The notes under the pieces were generated by a model that was not told where the DNA came from, did not search any database, and saw only the letters and a list, made by a program, of their open reading frames with translations. A stretch of 64,000 nt of DNA from Spirochaetia bacterium (lineage in GTDB: Bacteria > Spirochaetota > Spirochaetia > CADAEX01): positions 1 through 64,000 of the forward strand of contig CAXXHA010000028.1 of the NCBI GenBank assembly GCA_963662265.2. The letters are read 5' to 3'. A program made the position numbers and the translations under genes. The stretch's first letter is position 1. The number at the start of each line of letters is the position of its first letter. Below, piece after piece: positions 50,131 through 60,140 of the stretch.

Positions 50131-51249
50131 TTATGGAATATGAGGTGCAATTTTTGCAGACCTCTGGTCGATGAAATCATCAATATGCTTTTTCATTTTC
50201 TCAAAATCATCTATATCATGGTAAAAAACCGGATCATGTTTTACAGCACTTTTTGATTCATTATAATACTTCTGAACAACAGATTTTAAATGACCAAGAA
50301 AAGCATTATCAGTTCTGAATTCTGTCATTGCATTCTCATAATCTGTCCTGACAGAAGGTATTTCCAGAATCCTCTTTGTCAGTTCATTGTGACCGTAAAA
50401 ATCGCTGAAATCAAGATCCATTCCAAGCTCATTATCCCAGGGAAGAATAATCATTTTTCCATAGTTATAAATATAATAATTCTGAATTGTAGTATCTGTA
50501 ACACCGAAAAAATCATGTACAACCATATACCGGATAAAATCATCAAGCTCAATATATGTTTTTACCCAGTTCTCCCATTCAGAATCAGACATTGTTTTAA
50601 CATTATAAACCAGTGCCTCGAGAGATGAATAGTTATCATCATCCGGGAATTTCTTCTCGCTTCTGGAATACAGCGGAGTCTCACTGTATGATTCAAGATG
50701 AACCTTGAAAAGTTCTGATTCAGATCCCTTCCTGTATGACTCAAGAGAGTCCTGAGTATATATATCAACCTTTGAGTAGTAACCGATATATTCATCATTT
50801 ACAAATAGGGCAGATGCTTCTGTTTCAGGAGCAGCGGTTAGAGCTGTCCCCTTGTATTTGTAGTTATTGTAAGCATACATCACGATCCGGTTTTTCATCC
50901 AGGTTCCGGCTTCTGTCATCAACGCAAAGGGAACCTCTTCACCGTTTGAGTCAATCAGTCGAAGTGTATAGTTTTTCTTGGGTTCAGTCCTTGATGTATA
51001 TCCTCTGACCCTCATAAGAGCATCAGCATGTTTACCGCCTATAACAGTTCTGCAGGGGACAAAATTCTCTTCAGGTTTTGATGCAGTATTCTGGAATTTT
51101 ACAAGGTTTTCCTCTGTAAACAGCGATTCAATTTTAAGAACATTTCCAATATCAGGTTCTGCAAAATCATCTGTACCGATAAACTGGCCGCAGGAAAGAA
51201 TAGAGAGAAACAAAACTGTAAATATTGAAAATGATAAAAATCTAGCCAT
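50131..51249 (-). CDS. CotH-family kinase lipoprotein (copy 2)
   Basis: Lipobox ILS-C; VRGYTSR..PKKNY, VNDEYIGYY, LFK, TDTTIQNYY, LPWDNE. Confidence 0.85.
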   Translation of the reverse strand: MARFLSFSIFTVLFLSILSCGQFIGTDDFAEPDIGNVLKIESLFTEENLVKFQNTASKPEENFVPCRTVIGGKHADALMRVRGYTSRTEPKKNYTLRLIDSNGEEVPFALMTEAGTWMKNRIVMYAYNNYKYKGTALTAAPETEASALFVNDEYIGYYSKVDIYTQDSLESYRKGSESELFKVHLESYSETPLYSRSEKKFPDDDNYSSLEALVYNVKTMSDSEWENWVKTYIELDDFIRYMVVHDFFGVTDTTIQNYYIYNYGKMIILPWDNELGMDLDFSDFYGHNELTKRILEIPSVRTDYENAMTEFRTDNAFLGHLKSVVQKYYNESKSAVKHDPVFYHDIDDFEKMKKHIDDFIDQRSAKIAPHIP

Positions 51250-52267
51250 TTATAATCAGTGTTACACTCCACCGCCATTCCAGCTTTGTCTTTAATTCAT
51301 TATCGCCGTATGTATCATAACGGGTTATAAATCCGGGACCTCCGTCTACATGAAGCTTTACATTTTCCTTGTAGCTGAGCTGGTTTGCAATAAGAACATC
51401 AACAAACCGGCATTCAAATTCCGATACAGCAGGCTCAAGAACTGTTGTTCTAATCATCGGGATCCAGTAAATTGAATCCTTCTCTTTAATTACAAACCTT
51501 AGTCCTGCATGAAGATCGAGTCCGAGAAATACCGGGTAATCATTATTAGGCTTATGATTGATAAGTCCTAAAGGGGTTACAAGATTGGATCCTGCGGTAA
51601 ACTCTGCTCCGTAAAGAAAACTTCCTGTATAATCTGTATAAACTAAATCAACAAGAAAGTTGTGAATATTTGAATAAGAATCCTCGCCGTCCCATGCATC
51701 ATGATTTATAAAAGGATAGTAGGAGGCAAAAATACCTGCAAGCTTTAGATCATTCTTTTCCCTGTTAAGTAATCCGAAGTTGAGCTGCGGTTCAAACTGG
51801 GACGGGATATAGATGAAATGGCCGAAATAACTTATATCATCCTGTTTCCTGTTTTTTCTTTCATATTTGAATCCGACAGATCTTGCAGTATATCCCTGTC
51901 TTTGTATTTCTCTTGTTACAATATTTGTCCTTGCAAAAAGAGAATCAAAATCACCCAGATATTCATCCAAAGTAAGATCATTACTGAATTTTCCGACTTT
52001 AATACAGTTTTTTCCGTCAATGCTGAATCTTGCAGATAATTCTTCAACATCAACTTCTCTCTTATCAAGCTCTGTCTTAAAAATAAGCTCAATATCATCA
52101 GTTGCGGGGAATTTTATTCTGAGATCACCTTTTATATCATAGAAATCATCTACAGTAAGATCATCGTTAGTTGTGATTTTCAGCTCGGGATCAAATTCCG
52201 GTTCTGCCGCTGTTACAAAGGAAATAGAAATAAGTAATATAATAATTATAAGTGCTGTCTTTTTCAT
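51242..52267 (-). CDS. Porin-like outer-membrane beta-barrel protein (copy 2)
   Basis: Signal peptide; collinear motifs with 48966-49985; its stop overlaps the CotH start. Confidence 0.65.
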   Translation of the reverse strand: MKKTALIIIILLISISFVTAAEPEFDPELKITTNDDLTVDDFYDIKGDLRIKFPATDDIELIFKTELDKREVDVEELSARFSIDGKNCIKVGKFSNDLTLDEYLGDFDSLFARTNIVTREIQRQGYTARSVGFKYERKNRKQDDISYFGHFIYIPSQFEPQLNFGLLNREKNDLKLAGIFASYYPFINHDAWDGEDSYSNIHNFLVDLVYTDYTGSFLYGAEFTAGSNLVTPLGLINHKPNNDYPVFLGLDLHAGLRFVIKEKDSIYWIPMIRTTVLEPAVSEFECRFVDVLIANQLSYKENVKLHVDGGPGFITRYDTYGDNELKTKLEWRWSVTLIING

Positions 52268-52336
52268 ACAGTAAAAATATACAGGGAAATTGATATTCTG
52301 TTAATAGGATTATTTTAAAGAGAACTATCTATAAAC

Positions 52337-53392
52337 CTATTTTACCAAAACTTTGAAAGAAGAGGTTGATTCATCAATACCGCAAAATCCAATTGCAAGG
52401 TTATTTTCCAGCTTTATATATCCCTTCCTTCCAGCTGATATTTCTCTTATACTAATAGGCCGCCTATTTGTATATAATTTACAGTTTGTTATATTAATAG
52501 AAACTGGTAACGAATTACTACTCAAATTAGCAAAATAACAAAGTATTCCTGGCCCAAAATTGTATCGCAAAACACAACTGTCAATTATACAATTAATAAG
52601 TCTCTGATTATCATTATTTGGTTCAAAGTCTATACCTGCAGAAGGGAGGTGTGTTCCTGTATTCTCTATTATACAGTCTTTAATTAAAATATTTTCACCA
52701 CTGATAATAGAGATTCCCTGCCGATAATGACCGGAAAGCAATATATCTTCAATTATAATATCTTTACAAAAATTTACTAAAGATTCTTTTCCGGAAGATC
52801 CAATATAAATTCCATCCCCTCCGCTATCTTTAATAGACAGGCCCTTAATTGTCACATTTTTGCAACTTGTAAAAGAAAGACAATGTCTCCACTGCCCTTC
52901 TTTATAAGGAGGATATGTATAATCAGCTCTATTCATCCGTAATTCAGCACCAGATCCATATAGGTGTATATTCTCTTTATCAATTGCACTTATTAATTTA
53001 TCCCCACTGTTCTTAAAACTCTTTTTTTTTGCTGTAATTACAACGCCGCGATCAAAAAAAATAATTGTATCAGATTCAAGAAATAGAGGCTCTGTTACCC
53101 AAGGTCTACCTATATTAGTTATCGAAATAAAATCAGCTCCTGAAGATAAAGCATTCTGAAGAACAAAAGTATCAGAAAGGTTTTTATTCTGCATATAATC
53201 TTCATCAAGTAGCCACCATTCAGCAAGCGCATAATTGATTTTTCCAGCTTTTAAAAGTGATATATGATATGCATCATAAGAAAAAACAGAAAAAGAAATC
53301 AGTTGAAACAGAAATATTAAAAGACTCTTTCTATATTTAATTATTAATAATTTATAGAGTTTAATAATTCTGTCTTTAGCAATAATTAACAT
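52337..53392 (-). CDS. Right-handed parallel beta-helix protein (pectate-lyase/depolymerase-like), exported
   Basis: NVTIKGLSIKDSGGDGIYIG, RQGISIISGENILIKDC, AGIDFEPN beta-helix repeats. Confidence 0.82.
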   Translation of the reverse strand: MLIIAKDRIIKLYKLLIIKYRKSLLIFLFQLISFSVFSYDAYHISLLKAGKINYALAEWWLLDEDYMQNKNLSDTFVLQNALSSGADFISITNIGRPWVTEPLFLESDTIIFFDRGVVITAKKKSFKNSGDKLISAIDKENIHLYGSGAELRMNRADYTYPPYKEGQWRHCLSFTSCKNVTIKGLSIKDSGGDGIYIGSSGKESLVNFCKDIIIEDILLSGHYRQGISIISGENILIKDCIIENTGTHLPSAGIDFEPNNDNQRLINCIIDSCVLRYNFGPGILCYFANLSSNSLPVSINITNCKLYTNRRPISIREISAGRKGYIKLENNLAIGFCGIDESTSSFKVLVK

Positions 53393-53512
53393 TTAATATA
53401 ATTATTATACAAACAGATAATAAAATAAAGGATAAAAAAACCTGAAATGCATAATTTCAGATCAGGTTCTCAGAGATTAAGAACAAACACTTAATGTTTA
53501 TAATCGAGAATT

Positions 53513-54463
53513 TTACAGGAATTCCGCTTTTATAGTTTCTGCAAGAGCCTCTTCAATTTTAACAGGTGCATTATAACCTGTCTCTGAAATAAATGAAGAA
53601 GTAAAATGAGAATCAGAACAGAATTTCTTTACCCTGATTACACTTATAGGGAATTTCTTTCCTGTAATCTTTGAGAGAAGATCAAATACAGAAGCACCTG
53701 CAATCCCCAGCCACATTGGAAAGTGTATTCCTGAATACTTTCGCCCAAGGGAACTGTAAACAGTTTCAACAAGAGAATTCATATCAAAATCAGGCTTATC
53801 AACATAATTACAGACAATATATCTCTTTTCAAAAGATAAAAGATGTTCAAGAAATGCTGCAACATTTTCAACATATGCCATTGATTTCTTATTATTACCC
53901 TTACCAACCATAAGAAATTTTCCAGAAGCAATCTGTCTTAGAAGGTTATAGACATTTCCCCTGTTACTTTTACCGAAAACAACTGAAGGTCTTATGATCT
54001 GAAGTGAATTATCTTCTGACTTTTCAAGCCAGGCTCTGTATACTTTTTCAGCCTCATATTTTGTTCTGCCGTACTCATTAAAATAATTAAAACTGCCGCG
54101 TTCATCTGTTTCTCCAACAGAATTACCATAGACAGCAACAGAGCTTGTAAATATAATTTTTTTAATTCCGTTAGCCTCAGCTGCGTCACAGACATTGGAA
54201 GCTCCATCAACATTGACTTGCTGATACAGTTCAACAGGGGTTACATTGTCCTTATGCTCTGCTGCAAGATTAATTACAACTTCAAAACCATTAAGAAGCC
54301 GGATAAGGTCATCTTTATCAAGGATATTAACCTTAATTGTTTCATTAGGATAAGTACTGCTAATTTCCTTATCAAAAATTGTAAAATCAATATTATTTTT
54401 TTTAAAATTTCCAGCAAGTACAGTTCCAATAAAACCACTTCCGCCAATCAATGCTATTTTCAT
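53513..54463 (-). CDS. gnu: Gnu-like GlcNAc-PP-undecaprenol 4-epimerase (extended SDR)
   Basis: GGSGFIG, LAAEHKDNVTP..LY..VNV.G, TSSVAVYG, YGRTK, NRGNVYNLLRQIASGKF, KSMAYV, NYVDKPD, RVKKFC match E. coli O157 Gnu as recalled. Confidence 0.75.
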   Translation of the reverse strand: MKIALIGGSGFIGTVLAGNFKKNNIDFTIFDKEISSTYPNETIKVNILDKDDLIRLLNGFEVVINLAAEHKDNVTPVELYQQVNVDGASNVCDAAEANGIKKIIFTSSVAVYGNSVGETDERGSFNYFNEYGRTKYEAEKVYRAWLEKSEDNSLQIIRPSVVFGKSNRGNVYNLLRQIASGKFLMVGKGNNKKSMAYVENVAAFLEHLLSFEKRYIVCNYVDKPDFDMNSLVETVYSSLGRKYSGIHFPMWLGIAGASVFDLLSKITGKKFPISVIRVKKFCSDSHFTSSFISETGYNAPVKIEEALAETIKAEFL

Positions 54464-54484
54464 CAGTCACTCCTGAACAGTTTT

Positions 54485-55585
54485 TTATTTAGTAATATAT
54501 TCGAGAAATTTACCAATAAGATAATCCCAATTAAAATAATTTTCAGCCCGAGATTTTCCATATTCGCCAATATTTTTAGAAACTTTTTTATTTTCTATTA
54601 GATATGCTATCTTTTCTTTAAGATCTTCAACAGAGTATGGATCAACAAGATAACCGCTTTTACCATCTTCTATTGCATCAATAACCCCGCCTGAACGACC
54701 TCCAATCACAGGTTTATTATATAAATTAGCTTCTAAAAATGTGATCCCGAAACCTTCAACATCATTATTAGATAATATTCTGTTTGGCATCACATATAAA
54801 TCACATAGCTTATATAAAACTTTTTTTTCTTCATCTGTTACAGATCCAATAAATAAAATATTTGTTAATTGCATGGATTTTGCTAATTTTTTTAATTCAT
54901 TTAAATAAGGACCTTCTCCTGCAATTATATATGTTATTGGTTTTTTAATAAGTGATAAGGCAGAAATTGTTGTATCCAAGCCTTTTCTCTCTACAATCCG
55001 GCATAACGACAGTATAATAGTTTTTTCTTCATCAATATGATACCTGTCAATTGTTGTCCTGTATAATTTTTCATCATAAGTATCATCAGCTACTACACCT
55101 GGATTAAGTATAAAAGTTTTTTTTCTTTTTACACCTTTATTAACAACAACTTCCTGTGTATAAGAACTGTTACAGATTACTAAATTAGAATGTTTTAATG
55201 ATATTTTTATTTTTAACTGATTATTATTTGTATCTGTTATTTCAAGACCATGAGCAATTAAACATAATTTTGAACGAAGCAATTTGCTTAATATAAAAGA
55301 TTTATCCCAGTCACTGCCACATTTATTAACAATAATATAGTCAAATCGGTTTTCAGGTTTTATATTTATAATTTCCTGAAAAAAATTATTCTTAATTCTA
55401 TATATTTTATATCCGGCATTTAAATCAAAACTTTCTGAATCATCCACAGTTCTTGATACTACCAGAACATTATGCCCTGCATTTTTCAAAGATAATGCCA
55501 GATTATGCGTATATTCAGCAACTCCGCCTACAGAAGGTTTAAAATCTCTTGTTGCAACTATTAAAAAACTTTTTTCATTATTCAT
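54485..55585 (-). CDS. GT4 glycosyltransferase (PimB-like)
   Basis: DFKPSVGGV, HGLE, RIVERKG, VEGFGITFLEA. Confidence 0.9.
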   Translation of the reverse strand: MNNEKSFLIVATRDFKPSVGGVAEYTHNLALSLKNAGHNVLVVSRTVDDSESFDLNAGYKIYRIKNNFFQEIINIKPENRFDYIIVNKCGSDWDKSFILSKLLRSKLCLIAHGLEITDTNNNQLKIKISLKHSNLVICNSSYTQEVVVNKGVKRKKTFILNPGVVADDTYDEKLYRTTIDRYHIDEEKTIILSLCRIVERKGLDTTISALSLIKKPITYIIAGEGPYLNELKKLAKSMQLTNILFIGSVTDEEKKVLYKLCDLYVMPNRILSNNDVEGFGITFLEANLYNKPVIGGRSGGVIDAIEDGKSGYLVDPYSVEDLKEKIAYLIENKKVSKNIGEYGKSRAENYFNWDYLIGKFLEYITK

Positions 55586-56742
55586 TTGGGTATACCTAAA
55601 ATAAAATCAGTTAATTCTTCCAGATCTTCGAGTTCTCTTTGTCTAAGATTTTCAGCATGCTCTGGCCCCTCAGCTATAAGTTTTCTTCTCAGTTTCTCAT
55701 CATATACTACCTGCAGCATTCTGTTTTTGATTTCCCGTATTGAATAAGGATTAAAATATAGAACCTTGTCTTTTTGCAGTTCAGGAATAGAATTTATAGA
55801 AGAAGCAATAACAGGTGTTCCATATTTCATGCAATCTATCGGAGGATATCCAAATCCTTCATTTAAAGTTGGGTAAATAAAAGAAAATGCATATTTATAT
55901 AACGTCTCAAGCATATTCCTGTCAACATAATCAAGTACAATAATTTTATCAATTCCTTTAACCATCTTTCTGTTTTTTAAACCTACCACTACCATCTGGT
56001 AATCAAACTCTTTAAACTTATCAACTATTTGTTTATATGCTATAATTGCTCTATATGCATTTTTCTCCCACCGATTGGCGCTTATTATTAAGAAATATTT
56101 TTTTTCTTTAATACCATACTGTGTTAATAAATCTTCACTATACGGATTTTCAATACTTAATGGAGGAGCATAAAACTTTAAAACCTTATCTTTTTTTAGT
56201 TCAGGATATTCTTCTATTACAGAATAACGGCTGTGGTTTGAAACAGTAACTACATAAAAATTCTTAGATGAATGAAACAGCTTTTGGAACTCTTCATGCC
56301 TGTATTTTAAATATGGCTTGCGTAAATATTTTTTAACAGCATATTTAAGATAATCTTTTATTTTAACTGCATATTTTAATTCATAAATATCATTTGAAAG
56401 CTCAAGAGGGCGTAGTCCATGAATAGTTAATATATATTTTGTATTTATCGATAATTTCTTGAACTTAAGAGGCAATGCTGAATAGAATACATCTATTTCA
56501 TAATTATCTATAATTTTTTCAATTTCTTCAATATTTTTTATTTTAATTATTTTGTAAGCTTTATGAAATAATTTTGTAACTTGTTCATCAATATATTTTT
56601 TATCATCATATATACAAAATATTTTATTTTCTGTACTTTTATCAATTATTTTTTTAAAAACTTCTTTGGCATATTCTCCACCACCATGATACTTGGCATT
56701 TCCAACAGGCTGTGTTGCAATCAAATCAAACAGAATATTCAA
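55582..56742 (-). CDS. GT4 glycosyltransferase (WbdB/MtfB-like)
   Basis: TIHGL, VTVS, WEKN, YPTLNEGFGYPPIDCM. Confidence 0.88.
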   Translation of the reverse strand: MNILFDLIATQPVGNAKYHGGGEYAKEVFKKIIDKSTENKIFCIYDDKKYIDEQVTKLFHKAYKIIKIKNIEEIEKIIDNYEIDVFYSALPLKFKKLSINTKYILTIHGLRPLELSNDIYELKYAVKIKDYLKYAVKKYLRKPYLKYRHEEFQKLFHSSKNFYVVTVSNHSRYSVIEEYPELKKDKVLKFYAPPLSIENPYSEDLLTQYGIKEKKYFLIISANRWEKNAYRAIIAYKQIVDKFKEFDYQMVVVGLKNRKMVKGIDKIIVLDYVDRNMLETLYKYAFSFIYPTLNEGFGYPPIDCMKYGTPVIASSINSIPELQKDKVLYFNPYSIREIKNRMLQVVYDEKLRRKLIAEGPEHAENLRQRELEDLEELTDFILGIPK

Positions 56743-56762
56743 ACTATATGCTCCTTTATTTA

Positions 56763-57713
56763 TTATCCTGCTTTATTTAATAGTATATGCAGTAATTTTT
56801 TTATTTTTATCACACTGCTGTATTTGATAAAAAAAGACAATCCTTCAATATAATTCAACATATTTAAAGGTCGATTTTTTACAGATTTAATAAAATACCA
56901 GAATGCAGTTTTTTTATCGGCTAGCAATATATATTCCCTGCATAAAGTTAAATTATGACTATTAAGAATTCTATTAATTTCTTTTTTTGTCAGTAAATTA
57001 AAATGATTTTTTTTAATTTCAAGAAGGTATTCCCTTCCTTTAATAATTTTCTCGTTAGTGTTAATTCTTTCTTCATCATGGAGATAAACTGAAGTCAGTA
57101 TTTCATCAACATAATCAACTTCGTAACCATTTAAAAGGATCCTTAGAACAAGATCATATTCTTGCCCGCAGATGAGATCCCGGAATCCATGGACCTCTTC
57201 AACAATATCTTTTTTAAAAAGCATTGTTGATGTAATAGCAATATTCCTCAACAATTGATACTTAACTGCATTCCCCCGAACATTAGCTACACTGTATCTC
57301 AGGATTTTATCATTATCATCAAGGTAATTGTTTTTACAATAAACAATTGCAAGTTTTTCATTATCTTTTTCTTTAAAAAGATTAACCTGTTTTTCAATTT
57401 TTGTCGGAAATAGATAATCATCATCATCAAGAAATGATATGAATGTACAAGAAGCATATTTTAAGCCAGTATTTCTTGCGGCTGGAGCACCCATGTTTTT
57501 TTCATGTTTTATATATTTTATTCTTTTATCAGTTAACAATACTTCAACAGCGGCTTCTGTATTTTTTCTTTCTTCAGAACCAGGATTATTATCATCAACT
57601 ATTATTATTTCAATATTTGTAAATGTCTGCCTGAAAACACTCTCAACAGTTTTTTTAAGCCTTTCAGGTCTCTTATAAGTAGGAATTACAACAGTAACTT
57701 TATCCACGTACAA
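56763..57713 (-). CDS. GT2 glycosyltransferase
   Basis: VVIPTYKR, IVDD, GAPAARN, FLDDDD, QEYDL. Confidence 0.92.
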   Translation of the reverse strand: MYVDKVTVVIPTYKRPERLKKTVESVFRQTFTNIEIIIVDDNNPGSEERKNTEAAVEVLLTDKRIKYIKHEKNMGAPAARNTGLKYASCTFISFLDDDDYLFPTKIEKQVNLFKEKDNEKLAIVYCKNNYLDDNDKILRYSVANVRGNAVKYQLLRNIAITSTMLFKKDIVEEVHGFRDLICGQEYDLVLRILLNGYEVDYVDEILTSVYLHDEERINTNEKIIKGREYLLEIKKNHFNLLTKKEINRILNSHNLTLCREYILLADKKTAFWYFIKSVKNRPLNMLNYIEGLSFFIKYSSVIKIKKLLHILLNKAG

Positions 57714-59106
57714 CCTTCTTTATTTTTTTGAAATTATCAATAATTTCATTTTTATATATAAAAACAAATACTACAAACGGAATTATCTGCTGATATTTAA
57801 ACCCCGAATAATCAAGTATACATGTAGCAATAAAAAGCAGAACTGAAGAATATATTTTTATCCAGTTGATTCCATATTTATAATATTTATCTGCAATATG
57901 AGACCTTAAAATGAAAAATACAATATAAGAAAAACCTATTGATATAGATGCTCCCCATATACCATATGCTTTAATAAATATATAATTTGATACAATATTC
58001 ACTATTAATACAATAAGTGTAATAACAACATGCCAGTAAGTTTTTTTGGCAAAGTTGATACCTACAACAGTAATTTCCGATAAAATATTCATTACAGGAA
58101 CAAGCAAAAGAAATGGAATCACAAAAACAGCATTGCTGTACTCTGCAGAGATAATCTTAATTATTATATTTTTAGAAAAGACAACCATATACGCAAAGAA
58201 AAACATTATAAAAGTCATCAAATTAGCAACTTTTTTATAAAAATATTTATTATCCTCTTTTTCAAATTTTTCAAATGCTACAGGAATCCAGAAAGTTTGA
58301 AATGTTGTCTGAATAATTTTTAAAGCACCTACAATTTTAAATCCGACACTGTAAATACCAAGGTCTTCAAAAGAACAAAGTGATCTAATAAATATTTTAT
58401 CTGTGCTTTCAAAAACAAAATAAAGTATCTGTGACGGAATAAAGGGGAGTCCGTATAAGAAAAGGTTTTTAAAACTAATATGTATTTTTCTGAAATTTTT
58501 CAGCAAACTGATCCAGTATTTTCTGCTGAAATAAAATCCTGTCAGCATTGAACCGAATATACTTAAAATATAAGCAATAACTATAGAATCATAACTTTTT
58601 GATACAAACATCGTAAGAAAAATAGCTATAGATGTATTCAATAATGCCTGAACAAAATTCAGTATTGAACAATGAATTCCTTTCTGCTGCATTCTTAAAA
58701 CCAGAAATACATATCTGTAAATTATAGAAAATAAAACAGCAACAAAAAGCATTATAAAAACTTTTAAACTGTAATTTTCAAATAAATAAGAAGTAATTTC
58801 TTTATAAAAATTTACAGAAATAATAAAAGTCAGAAGCAACAAAACAACACTGTAATTTATTGCTTTAAAAATTATTGCCTTTTGAGTTAAGTCATCTTTC
58901 TCATAAAAGACCCTCATAAATGAAGCATCAAGTCCCATTAACATTATAGTAAGAAGTATTTTATGAGCCAGAATAAACATGGATGACTTACCCAGTTCAT
59001 CAGGCAGAATCAGCCAAGTCAGTACTGGAACAAGAAAAATATTAATAACTGCTGCGAAATAGGATCCTATAGAAAATGAAAAATATTTTTTTACTAATTT
59101 AGACAT
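57700..59106 (-). CDS. wzx: Oligosaccharide flippase (Wzx/MOP family)
   Basis: About 12-14 TM segments; YGLPF, DKIFI..DLGIYSVG, YGIWGA motifs. Confidence 0.88.
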   Translation of the reverse strand: MSKLVKKYFSFSIGSYFAAVINIFLVPVLTWLILPDELGKSSMFILAHKILLTIMLMGLDASFMRVFYEKDDLTQKAIIFKAINYSVVLLLLTFIISVNFYKEITSYLFENYSLKVFIMLFVAVLFSIIYRYVFLVLRMQQKGIHCSILNFVQALLNTSIAIFLTMFVSKSYDSIVIAYILSIFGSMLTGFYFSRKYWISLLKNFRKIHISFKNLFLYGLPFIPSQILYFVFESTDKIFIRSLCSFEDLGIYSVGFKIVGALKIIQTTFQTFWIPVAFEKFEKEDNKYFYKKVANLMTFIMFFFAYMVVFSKNIIIKIISAEYSNAVFVIPFLLLVPVMNILSEITVVGINFAKKTYWHVVITLIVLIVNIVSNYIFIKAYGIWGASISIGFSYIVFFILRSHIADKYYKYGINWIKIYSSVLLFIATCILDYSGFKYQQIIPFVVFVFIYKNEIIDNFKKIKKVVRG

Positions 59107-59107
59107 A

Positions 59108-60130
59108 TTAACTTTTCACATCTGCATTATAATATTCTTTATACCAGCTTACAAATTCTTTTAAACCATACTCAAGATCAATACAAGGTTCATAATTATA
59201 ATCTTTTTTAAGTTTATCGATATCTGCATATGTCTCTGGAACATCGCCTTTCTGAATAGGCATCATCTTTTTAACAGCCTTAATCCCTATAAGTTTTTCA
59301 ATAATCCTGATAAACTCCATAAGATCAACAGGATTACCACGGCCGATATTATAAACAGCAGACAATTCTGAACACTTGGATTTATTTTTAATTATTGAAC
59401 ATATTCCATTTATAATATCATCAATATATGTAAAATCTCGTTTCATATTACCATTGTTAAAAACCTTAATCGGAATACCTTCAATTATATTTTTTAGAAA
59501 TGAATAATATGCCATATCCGGTCTTCCCCAGGGGCCATACACAGTAAAGAATCTCAATCCTACAGTCTGAATATTATAAAGTTTTGAATATGTATAAGCC
59601 ATCAATTCATTGCTTTTTTTTGTTGCAGCATACAAGCTTTCCGGGTGATCAACTATATCCTCTTCTGAAAAAGGCTGTTTTTCATTACCGCCGTAAACAC
59701 TTGAACTACTTGCATATACAAGCTTTTTTATATTGTTTTCTCTACAGACTTCAAGAACATTAAAATAACCGGTAATATTATTTTCAATATATGATCTGGG
59801 ATTAATCAGAGAATATCTAACACCTGCCTGAGCAGCAAGATGACATATAAGATCAATATTCTCATCCTGGATTATTTTATTTAATGAATCAAAGTTTTTA
59901 ATATCAGTCTTGTAAAACATTATATTATTATATTTGCAGGATAGATTTTTTAAATTATCCCGAATATCTTCTCTGTAGAAGCCAAGATTTTTTAACCGGT
60001 CATATTTCAGCTCAATGTCATAGTAATCATTAATATTATCAATGCAAATGATCTTGTAATTCTCACTTTTCAATTTTTCAGTCAGCTGATAACCTACAAA
60101 GCCAGCAGCTCCTGTAACTAGTATATTCAC
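59108..60130 (-). CDS. UDP-glucuronate 4-epimerase
   Basis: TGAAGFVG, HLAAQAGVRYSL.NP, ASSSSVYG, YAATKK, LRFFTVYGPWGRPDMA, RDFTYIDD. Confidence 0.9.
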   Translation of the reverse strand: MNILVTGAAGFVGYQLTEKLKSENYKIICIDNINDYYDIELKYDRLKNLGFYREDIRDNLKNLSCKYNNIMFYKTDIKNFDSLNKIIQDENIDLICHLAAQAGVRYSLINPRSYIENNITGYFNVLEVCRENNIKKLVYASSSSVYGGNEKQPFSEEDIVDHPESLYAATKKSNELMAYTYSKLYNIQTVGLRFFTVYGPWGRPDMAYYSFLKNIIEGIPIKVFNNGNMKRDFTYIDDIINGICSIIKNKSKCSELSAVYNIGRGNPVDLMEFIRIIEKLIGIKAVKKMMPIQKGDVPETYADIDKLKKDYNYEPCIDLEYGLKEFVSWYKEYYNADVKS

Positions 60131-60140
60131 AATCAGTTTC

